Assembly: GCA_977017575.1 (NCBI GenBank)
Contig: CDRNVI010000201.1
Coordinates: forward strand, 1-64,000
Reading direction: 5' to 3'
Length of the DNA: 64,000 bases
Source: Paramoeba atlantica
Lineage: Eukaryota > Protista > Discosea
Part shown: positions 23,536-33,888 of the stretch, piece by piece
Layout: each line of letters opens with the position of its first letter
Position numbering within the stretch: the stretch's first letter is position 1
Position numbers and translations under genes: made by a program
Notes under the pieces: generated by a model
What the model saw: the letters and a program-made list of their open reading frames with translations, nothing else
What the model was told of the DNA's origin: nothing
The model's database searches: none

Positions 23536-24117
23536 ATGAACTCTTTTTCGTTGTTGTTTTCTTTCATTACCTTTGCAAGTCTCGTTTCTTTTTCTTTGGA
23601 AGAGGATCTGCCGCCTCAAAATTCTTGTCCTATCTATGCTTGTGGGTTTGTCATCAACACTTGTTTCGTGGAATTGCATTCTGTCCAATACGCAACAGGA
23701 ACATCCAAGATCGATTTCCGTTCTGTGACAAATATCAATCCATGGAATCTTGATTCCAATCTTGGGAATGGTATTGCTGGGCCAGCTCCAACTGATGGTG
23801 TAACTTTCCCTCTGGTTAGTTGGAGCTTTGTCGCCATCCCACTCAATAATGAGTCAAGTATTGATTGTGCAGAGATTATCAAACCTTCTCAACAAGACAG
23901 CTCAACTTGGATGGTTGCAAACAAATGCCATCGCCAAATTATTGTTCAAGTTCTGTGTGGATGTTCAGAGAAGAGAGTTGTTGCATTTCCAATCGATGTG
24001 TGGCCACACGAAGGAGGAAGTCCAATCAATGTCGTTTCTTGGAATGATATTTGTCTTGATAATCCGAATGATGGTGGTGCTCTTGGTGCTGTCTACTACA
24101 ATGACACTTCGAGGTAA
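23536..24117 (+). CDS. Secreted orphan protein (193 aa)
   Basis: Intact ORF, signal-peptide-like N-terminus, several Cys and N-glycosylation sequons; no family recognised. Confidence 0.65.
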   Translation: MNSFSLLFSFITFASLVSFSLEEDLPPQNSCPIYACGFVINTCFVELHSVQYATGTSKIDFRSVTNINPWNLDSNLGNGIAGPAPTDGVTFPLVSWSFVAIPLNNESSIDCAEIIKPSQQDSSTWMVANKCHRQIIVQVLCGCSEKRVVAFPIDVWPHEGGSPINVVSWNDICLDNPNDGGALGAVYYNDTSR

Positions 24118-24492
24118 AAGAAGCACCTCCTTTCTAATAGTAGATGAACACTTCGAAGAGAATGATGGACCGGTCCATTACAAATCTTTTCTCTTTTTTG
24201 AGTTTGAAATAAACACCTAAATATGCATAACACAATCTTCTTAGAACTGAACACCAGAAAATGTTCAAAAAAAGTTTTTTAATTTTCATTGGAATTAATA
24301 TTAATTTTGTACATATTCTTCATCCTTCAATTATGAGAAATTTTTTCCTCAATAATCGAAAGGCCTTTTTCACAGCATTGTTTTGTAGAGTTTTTTTTTT
24401 TGATGAACCAATATCTTTGATTGCATGAAAGTTATTTGTTTCTTTCTACACAAGACCTCCTTTCCTAACTTCCTAATAACCTCTTACATTCT

Positions 24493-26394
24493 TTACTCTG
24501 TCCCCACTTGATAGACTTTGAAAGTTGACTCAACTTTTTTCCGACAAAAAGGACAATCACTCACAGAACTAGAAGAGAAAAAGTCAGAAAAGAAGAAAAA
24601 AAAAGAAAGAAGAAAAGGAAAAAATGATTACACTGAACACTCTCCGCATGTACCGAGATGGCCACAAGGAATCATGACAGTATCCACCGGGTTCTACAAC
24701 AACAGAAAAATTAATCTTCTTCATTCAAGAAGTGAAAGGAGAGAGAGAGAGAGAGAAAGAGAGAAAACAAACATCAAAACAGACAGCGCAAAGAGAGGGT
24801 TTGGAAGCTCGATCAGCAGCAGGAGGAGCAGCAGGAGGAGCAGCAGCAGAAAGTGGTGCGGGAGCCAATTCTTCTTGGGATTCTTCTTCCTGTGTTTTTC
24901 ATTTTCAATTTCAAGCAAAATAAAAAAGAAAGAAAAACCTGGCTGATTTTTTGGAAAAATATTGGGAAAAATATTGGGAAAATATTGGGAAAATAATAAT
25001 AATAAAAAATAAAAACCTTTTCTCTTTCTTTTGAGATTGGCTGAGAATGCCCATTCTGCATGTTGAGAGGAGGAGAAGAAGAAGAAGAAGAACCAGAAGC
25101 AGGAAGTGGGGAAGAGATTGAACCAATCACAGAAGAAGGAGGAATATAAAAACTGGGGAAACTTCCACTCTCTAATTTCTTTTTCTTGAGATAAGAAAGA
25201 TGGAGAGTGAGATCATTTGGATCGGTTGTGACGGGTGGGGGATTTACCAGGAGTTCCAAATAATCAATTACAATTTCCTTTGTTTTTCAATAAATAAATA
25301 AATTATTATTATTATTATTGCTTGAATAAAAAAAAGAAGTCTCATCTCTTTCTCCTTCTTTGAGAGACTTAAAAAAAAAAAAAAAGTATAAAATAAATAT
25401 AAAATAATAAATAAATAAATATAAAATAAAAAATAAATAAATAAAAAATAAAAAAAAAAAAAGAAAAAAAAAAGAAAAAAAAAAAAATAAAAAAAAAAAA
25501 AAAAGAAATGGAACCTGTTCAGTTTGAGCAGTGGCCAAGACCCAAAGAGGCTTGTCGAGTCCCATGACAACACGGAAAGGATGATCGCCATGTACATCTC
25601 TTTTTATTGACTTTCGATACCATCCTGTTCCATGATTTTGTGAGTGAGTTCTTCTTTTTTTGAGTTTGATTTTTTTTTTTTTTTTTGGATTTAAAGCATT
25701 TTGCCAATTTATTTCTCTTTTTCAAGTTTGACTTTTTGGATTTTTTTTTTCTTTCACTTTCTTTTTTTTCTTGAGAATGGTAAAAACAAAAGAAAAGAAC
25801 AAACCAACTGCACTTGAGAAAGATGATGACATGTGAGATTGTACAGAATGGCTGATGAGTTCAAATATTAGAGACCCTTCCCCCAAAATTTAAAAACAAC
25901 AATCTTACAAAAAGGAATAATAAAGAGAAAAGAGAGAAAAGAGAGAAGGAGAGAGAAGAGAGAGAAGAGAGAGAAGAGAGAGGAGTAAAAGAGTTGGGGT
26001 ACCGTTGAACTTGGAGAAGATAATGTGGTTTTGGAGTTTCATTCAAGATTTGGAGAAAGTTTGGTGGACAACTTGGTCGAGGGTCTATTTCATGCCTATT
26101 TTTTATTTATTTATTTATTTATTTATTTGTTATTTATTATTATTTATTCTTCAGAATAATTATTGTTTTTTATTTGTTTTTTAAAAATAATAATTAATTT
26201 TGTTTGTTTTTTTTTTCATTTTCATTTTTTCGAAAATCATTTTTTCTTTTTTGTGAAGATTTACTTTTTTTTTTTGGAGGGGGGGGATTTGTTTTTGTTT
26301 TTGGGGTTGGTTGAACAAGAAAGGGAAAATGGTCCTACCAGTACATCGACCCTCTCATAAACCCGACCCGGGTTGGTTCAGTCAGGAGTGGCAT
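24493..26394 (-). CDS. Unrecognised N-terminal domain plus C-terminal C3HC4 RING (IAP/MGRN-type), putative E3 ligase
   Basis: Spliced CAVCFD|NPVDTVMIPCGHLGTCGECS..DCPFCRKKVESTFKVY; N-terminal exons are homologous to the gene at 41436. Confidence 0.8.
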
Positions 26395-26770
26395 GTCAGA
26401 AACAAAAATACAATAAAAAAGTTCTTTTTGAAATGAATTATTTAAAAAAAGGTACAAAAAGAAGAAAGAAAAACACCAAAAACAAATGAGAAAAGAAGAA
26501 AAGAAATCAAAAAAGTGGAACTTCCAAAAGAGGAGAACGACGTCAGAGACAGAGCAACGATCAGTGAAATGGATTTTGGGTAGTATTTCTCTTTTTGTTT
26601 TTTTTTCTATTTGTTTTTCTTATCTTGATAATTTAAAAAATCCTCCGCTTTTATCGAAGATTTTCAGAGAAGAAAGAGAAAAGAGAAAAAAGAAAAAAAA
26701 AGAAAAGAGAAGAGGAAAGAGAGGAAGAAGAGGAAAGAAAGAAAGAAAGAGAAGGGAGAGAGAGAGAGAG

Positions 26771-26872
26771 ATGTCGAAAAGGAAGGATTACTCTGCATCA
26801 GATGTGGGGGATTTTTTAAATCCACCTCGTCATTTTCAACCTCATTCTACTGATTTGGATGTTCTCTTTCTC

Positions 26873-26911
<39 letters not shown>

Positions 26912-29900
26912 CTCTTTCTTTCTTTCTTTTCTCTTTCTCCTTTCTCTTTCTTCTTCTTCTTTCTCTTTCTCTTTTTCTTTTTCTTCCTCACCCCCTTTGA
27001 TAAATTCTACTCTCCTCTCCCCTCTCTCCCCCTCTCTCCCCCTCTCTCTCAACACTTTCAAATCAAACAAACAAACAAAAAAAACAGTTGAGAGTAAAAT
27101 TAACAGCAGCAGAACATGTTTTGAGAGAAGAATGGGGAATGGATCAACAATCCAATTCCAAATCTGATTCCAAATCTGATTCCAATTCTGATTCCAAATC
27201 TGATTTGAAATCTGATTCCAAACCTGATTTGAAGAAAAGAAAAATAGGTTTTTTTTGTTTATTATTTTCTTTTATTTTTCATTGAATCTTGGTTCCAAAT
27301 CTGATTCCAAATAAACCAATAATTAATAATAAGAAATGAAAATGAATTGAAATAAAAATTAAAATAAAAATAAAAAGTAAAGCCATTTTTTTTTTTTTTA
27401 AATCAGGTTTAGAATCAGATTTGTTTCTTTTTTTCTCTTTTCTAATTGACTGCAACAGAGATTGATTCTTCTTCTTCTTCGAGAGGTGGTTTGTTTTTGT
27501 TTTTGTTTTTGTTTTTATTTTTGTTTTTATTTTTGTTTTTTTTTTGTTTTTTTTTTGTTTTTTTTTTTGTTTTTTTCTCACTTTTTCCTTGTTTTTTTCA
27601 CTAAAAAAGGAATGGAACTTCCGCCTGAATTGGCAGCACGATTAAAAAAGAAAGGAATTAATTTGGAATCTTCTTCTTCTTCATCTTCTTCTCTTTCTTC
27701 TTCATCATCATCTTCTTCTTCTTCTTCTTCATCTTCTTCTTCTTCTTCTTCTTCTTTGTCGTGTTTATCTGGAGGTTTCTCCTTTCTTTTCTCCCTTTTC
27801 CCCCTTTTTTTGGTTCATTTATTTTGAAATGAAAATCATTTAAAATATTTTTCAGTTTCAGACAAAACACAAAATCAAACATCTGGTTCTTTAACTTTTT
27901 CTCGCTCTTTTTCTGGTAATTTCTCTTTATGTTTTCTCTTTTTTGAAATCTTTCTTTTAATTTCAAAAAAAAAAATCAGTGAATGCAACACCACAACTTG
28001 GCCAAACCGAAACCAAAAAACAGTCTTCTTCTTCTTCTTCTTCTTCTTCTCCTTCTCCTTCTCCTTCTTCCTCTCTTTCTTCTTTGTTTGGAACATATGA
28101 AGACGATGATGATGAAGAAGAAACTCCCAAAGAATCTGCAGGTATTTTCTCTTCTTTCTTTCTCCCTTTTCTCCCCTTCTCTCACTCCCTCTTTTCTCTT
28201 TTTTACCGAATTTTTCAGTGATTCAAACAACTGTATCAGTGGCAGCCTCTTCTGCTGTAACACTCTCTTCCTCCTCCTCCTCTCTCTCTTCTTCTTCTTC
28301 TTCTTCCTCTCTCTCTTCTTCTTCTTCTTCAAGTGGAGAAGAAAGGCCCTTGAGTTCTGGATGGGAAGCTGTTAAAGATCAAAATGTTTTTCTTTTATTT
28401 TCGAAAAAAAAGAAAATATTTTCCTTTTTAATTCTTTTGTGTTTCATTAATTCTCCCTTTTGATAATAATAGACTGGAGCGACTTATTATTGGAATATAA
28501 CTACAAATGAAGTTACTTGGGAGAGACCAACAGTTATTTTTTCTTTCTTTTTCTCTTCTCTTTTCTTTTTCTCACACAATATCTTTAGGCTCCTCCTTCT
28601 CCTAAAACTAAACCTTCTCCTTCCTCTTCTCTTCCTAAACCTTCTCCTTTCCCACACCTCCCAAGATGTTTGGGATGTGGTGGTTGGGGAGTGAGTTTGG
28701 TTAATGTAAATGGTTTTTGTGATCATTGTACTCAAACTGGGTATTATTTTCTTGACTGATTTAATTCAATAATATTCTTTTTGAAGGCAAATAAGGAATT
28801 TCTAATATTTTTTCACCAGGACAACACCACACCAAAACCCACAGCAGCAACCACAACCACAACAACCATCACAACCACAACAACCACTACAACCACAACA
28901 ACCACAACACACTGGTATGCCAATCAATTATTCTGGAGGAGTACCACAACAACAACAACCACCCTCACAACCACAATTTACACCTCAACCATTCTACCAA
29001 CAACCACCACCATACCAACAACCCCAATACCAACAACAACAGCCACAATACCAACCACCACAATACCAACCACCACCACAATATCCACATCAACCTTCAC
29101 AATTTGTTCCAGGAGGACAGAGTCAATTTTTCCCACCACAACAGGTTTTTCTTTTTTCTTTTTCTTTTTTTTTCCCTCATTATTTAAACAATATATCCAC
29201 AAAATAAAACACAAACACAAACTCCTGCGTATCTCTTCCTCCAACTTTTCTTCTGAGAAAGATCATCATAGCATGATGTGAAAAAGAGAGATGGTACACT
29301 TGAACTGCTGACCTCTTTTTCTTCCTCTTTCTCTTCTTTTCTACCTAATTCTTTCTATTCTTCCTGTTTGTTTTGATGAAACAAACCATTTAAGTTTGAT
29401 AATTCAACTTATGATGACAAATTATGATATGTCTTCATTAAAAGATCAACTTGAAAAGGGGTGCAAATGGAGGAGAAGGGTTTCTCTTGCCTCTTCCCGA
29501 TCAAACACAACCTCAATTACAATCTCAACAACCACAAATCCAAACACAAGAAATCTATCCACCAATACCAACAAACCAACAATTTAATAATACATATTCA
29601 ACTTTGATTAATTCTCACTCTAATTTTTCCTTTCTTTCATCCCAATCTTCTTTGAACTCTTCTCCCTTGCCATCAACCCCCTTTTCTCAACAACAACCCC
29701 TTGGATCACAATCCTCAAATCAACATTTTTTGTTACCAAATCAACAACAATCTCCAATTCTGAACCAACAACCTCCATCCCCAAACCAATTGAATCATGA
29801 ACAACTTCCACAACAACAATACTTCTCTACCAATCAAACTTCTTCTCATTTCCTTTCACTCTCCTCCTTTCCAATCCCCACCCAATCCAATATCCTCCTA

Positions 29901-30420
29901 TCTCTTACCCACTCCCACTTCTCCCGCTTTCTCTTCTTTTTTTTTTAATACAGGGCATGAGAGGGAGAGGGGAGGGAGGGAGAGGGAGAGGGGGAAGAGG
30001 GGGGAGAGGGGGGAGAGGGGGAAGAGGAGGGAGAGGAGGGAGAGGAAGGAGAGGAGATGATGATGATGGAGTTGATCCTATGGATCCTTCCTCTTATAGT
30101 GATGCTCCTCGAGGTATTTTGTTCATTTTGTTTATTTCTCAATTGATTTAGTGTTTCAGTAAAAGAAAGAAAGCAAAGAACAGTTTATAATTTGTTCCTT
30201 AGGTGGTTGGATAAAAGGTGTATCAGACAAACATTCAGGAACAAAGGTCCATTTTCACCCTTCTCGCGCTTCATTTCTTTGTTCTTTCACTCATATTCTT
30301 CTCTTTTCTCCTTTTCTCCAACAGGGGGTTGACACAACAGCAAGTGGGACACTGTTCCAACAACGACCTTACCCATCTCCTGGGAGTGTTCTTCGCCTCA
30401 ATAAAGAATCAGAAAATTAA
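26771..30420 (+). CDS. PQBP1: Polyglutamine-binding protein 1 homolog (WW domain splicing factor)
   Basis: [15 protein letters not shown]-motif; WW domain GWEAVKDQN|[19 protein letters not shown]; C-terminal [40 protein letters not shown] including the YxxPxxVL motif that binds U5-15kD. Confidence 0.92.
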
Positions 30421-30645
30421 AAATGGAGAAAATGAGATTCATCTTTTCTCTTTACCCCCCAAAATGAAAGGAAAGAACACCACTTCTGAACACACTTCAT
30501 AATTTTTAGGGTGAAAACTACATTATTTCAGGATCTGAAGGAGAGAGAGAAAAAAAAGAGATATCACAATGTTATTAGCCCAAATAAAAGAAATTTAATT
30601 TTGGGGTTCCTTTTCACAAGAAAATTGTGAGGACTTCATCATTCT

Positions 30646-31776
30646 TCACCTTAATAGAGCCGAGTATCGGAAATTATCATTCATACAATTCGTATCAGCA
30701 GAATAGAGGTAGACAGCGCTGGAAGTACACGAAACACATTGAGCATCCCCACCAGATTCTCGCGCATGATTTTTATCAAAATAAGGCCCAAAAAACGAAA
30801 AAGTGGAATCCTCACAATAGATCCCACCCCCATTCAACCCAACACATTCCGAAAAACCCACATTCATTGTATTCAAATTTGCATTGTTGATCAATCGAAT
30901 ACCTCCTCCATTCTCACTCTTACTTCCACATTGACTAAAACCCATATACGAAAGGAAGGCATCAGTTCCATTGAGAATTAACGCAGTGCCGTCAGTATTC
31001 CCCATTGAACTAGATACCATTGTCAATTTCCCTCCAATAACAACCATGGAGGAAGAAGAAAAATATCCATTCAACGCAGTGAATTGCGCTTCATCATCCA
31101 GGTCAATCAAGAAAGATGAATAGGAATACCCAGTCGCAGCAGTCATTCCCCCAATTGCAGTGATGGAAACATTCGACATAAAGGTCGAAATGATCACGTA
31201 TTTCGCACGGCCAAGACTTCCCTCCACAATACGTGAGGCCTCGATGACAACAACCAAACCAGTTTTTTTCTGATTTGTGGTGCTCACAACCTCATTGGCA
31301 GAGTTAAGATTAGATATTCCAATTTGAACTCTTTGAGGAGATTCATCATCATCAACTCTGACAATAGTAGGACAATTCTCAACTAGTAACCCTTGCAATG
31401 TCAGATCTGCTCCAGAAAGAAGATCAAAGGCAACTGAACAATTTCGAATTGCCATAAACGCGATTGACATGTTCACAAAAGGACCTTTGGCTGTGAAACA
31501 AGGTTCTGAACTCAAACCAAGAACAGTCGCGTTGGCTCCTTCATAAGTGATATTGGCAGTCACAGTTGGATGGTTTTCACTTCCACTGTAATCCCCAGCC
31601 AACAGAAACACGATATCTCCGTCGGTGGCTTGCGTTGTTGCGAATGTGAGAGTTAACCAAGGATCTTCTTCAGACCCATTTCCGAAACTGTCAGTTCCAT
31701 TGGGGCTGACATACCACTTCGTACTGACAACAAAAGGTACAAAAACAAAAACAAACAAAACAGAAGACACCTTCAT
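30646..31776 (-). CDS. Secreted right-handed beta-helix (pectin-lyase-like / DUF1565-like) protein, single exon
   Basis: Signal peptide; WYVSPNGTD..GNGSEEDPWLTL..GDIVFLLAGDY cap motif; GGGI repeats (NGGGIRL, NGGGIYC). Confidence 0.75.
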   Translation of the reverse strand: MKVSSVLFVFVFVPFVVSTKWYVSPNGTDSFGNGSEEDPWLTLTFATTQATDGDIVFLLAGDYSGSENHPTVTANITYEGANATVLGLSSEPCFTAKGPFVNMSIAFMAIRNCSVAFDLLSGADLTLQGLLVENCPTIVRVDDDESPQRVQIGISNLNSANEVVSTTNQKKTGLVVVIEASRIVEGSLGRAKYVIISTFMSNVSITAIGGMTAATGYSYSSFLIDLDDEAQFTALNGYFSSSSMVVIGGKLTMVSSSMGNTDGTALILNGTDAFLSYMGFSQCGSKSENGGGIRLINNANLNTMNVGFSECVGLNGGGIYCEDSTFSFFGPYFDKNHARESGGDAQCVSCTSSAVYLYSADTNCMNDNFRYSALLR

Positions 31777-32082
31777 TCCCAAAAACAAAGAGAAGAGAGA
31801 GAGAGGGGGAGGAAATAACAACGAAGAGGGAAAAAAACAAGGAAGAGGGAAAGAGCGAAGAAAAAGAAAGAGTTTTGATAGCAACGCATTTTTGCTAAAT
31901 AAGAATAAAACGAGTATAGGGACTAATTATTTTGAAAGTTTGGGTCTATTTTATCCAATTTTGTTGGTTGCCGTCGCAAAGCATTCTTCAGTTTTTCAAT
32001 CCGAGATCATCAAAATCAAAAATCATCTCTCCTTTTTCTCTCTTGAGCTTCAATTTTTGTTTTTTTTCCTTTCCTCAAAGAT

Positions 32083-33800
32083 ATGTTTTTGAAGGTGTTT
32101 GGTCTCATTCTTTTGGTTGTGATCAACACGACCTTGCTTGGTTCCCTCTTTTCCTTTTCCTTTCCCCCTTTTAAATTAATAATCTCACTCCATAATTATG
32201 AAAATCAAAAGAAGCACAAGCCTTCCCACAAGAGCAACTAAGTGCTCTGGAGGCGTTCTACAATGCCACAGGGGGAAAAGATTGGGATGACAATCAAGGT
32301 TGGATGGGTTCTCAACCTCCTTGTGGTTCCGGGAGCACTTATTGGTATGGCACTTCTTGTTCTGGGAATGGCGTCAGTTACATGTTTTGTTTTCTTTTTT
32401 TTTTTTTGTTTTTAATTTTTTTTTTTGTTTTTGGTTTCGAATTTTTCTGATTTGGGGGGTTGGTACACAGAGGTTTGACATCAAATAATTTGGTTGGGAC
32501 TCTGACATCAACACTCTTTAGTGATATGACAACTCTCGCTCAACTGTTAGTTTTTTCTTCTTCTCTTTTTCCCCACACAAACGTGCGACTTCAGAAGGAT
32601 TGATTGTCAAAAATTGATTTTAATTTCTTTTTTTTTTTCAAAGGGTACTTTCCAATAATTTATTGTCAGGAACAATCCCTCCTTCAATTGGAAACTCTAC
32701 TGCAAAAGCGTACATGTTCTTTTGTTTTCTTTCTCCTTTCTCTCTCTCTCTCTCTTTAATCTTTAAGTTTTCAGCGACATGGAGAACAATCAGTTCAGTG
32801 GACCCCTTCCAGATACATTTGTGTCTGATTTGGATCTCTATCAACAACTGTTTTTTGTCTTTTTTTTTTCTTTTTAAAATTCCATCTTTTTTTTTTCTGA
32901 TTTCTCAGATTGAGTTTGTTTCATGAATAGGTTTTTGGATAACAATCAATTGACTGGGACTATCCCCCATCTCTTGCTCAAATTGCTGAAAATGGGTACT
33001 TTGATGTGTCAGGAAATACGTTATTGTGTCCTTTCCCAGAAGAGTGTAGTACTGGATGTGATTGTGGGACTTGTTTTCAACCTGTTAAACAAGATGAAGT
33101 TGATTCTTTGACCAGTTTCTATAAAGACACAAATGGAGGGCAATGGGAACAATCAACAAATTGGTTGCAAGGAAGTAACCCTTGCAACCAATCAGCTCTT
33201 TGGTTTGGTGTTGAGTGTGGTTACGAGAATGACCAACAATTTGTCAGTTCTTTGGTTTTGGATGACAATGCGCTTTCTGGACAAATCAGCCTCGATATGT
33301 TGTCTCATTTGACAACGTTAAGCCTTAATGGAAATAATTTTGATCCAAACCCACTCCCTGATTTGTCTGGGGCTCCCAAACTTGTAAGTCCTTCTCTCTT
33401 CCTTTTTGTTTTTTCTTTCGTTTTCTCAAATATTATTAAAATTAACTTGAAAAATAACAGAATTTCTTGGGACTTTCTCATAATGCTTTTACGGGGACAA
33501 TTCCTTCATCTTATCAACATATTACGAGTACACTTGATTTGGACTCCAATTCATTGAGTGGAACTGTTCCATCATTTGTTTGTAGTGTCCAAAATCTCAA
33601 TATCACAGTTTTGTTTTCTTTTGTTTTCTTTTGTTGTGGCAGAAATTTAATTTGAAAAACTGAGTGAATCTGATTTGTTTTGATTTGATATGATTTGACT
33701 TGATTTGGGAACTGATATGATGTGAACACAACAGGGAAATAATTGGTCTTGTCCATTGCCATCATGTTGTAGTCAAAACACTTGTGGTTCTTGCAATTAA
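32083..33800 (+). CDS. Secreted plant-type LRR protein with two LRRNT+LRR modules; apparent 1-nt frameshift at about 32964-32968
   Basis: Signal peptide; two caps (ALEAFYNATGGKDW..C..WYGTSC and SLTSFYKDTNGGQW..PC..WFGVEC); LxxNxL(S/T)GxIP repeats; Cys-rich end; no TM helix seen. Confidence 0.85.
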
Positions 33801-33888
33801 AATTCAAAGAATAACAGAAAAAACGACTTTTTTTTGGGATTTCTTTTCTTTTTTTTTATTTTCCTTTCTCTTTTTCTTTTCTCAAGCT

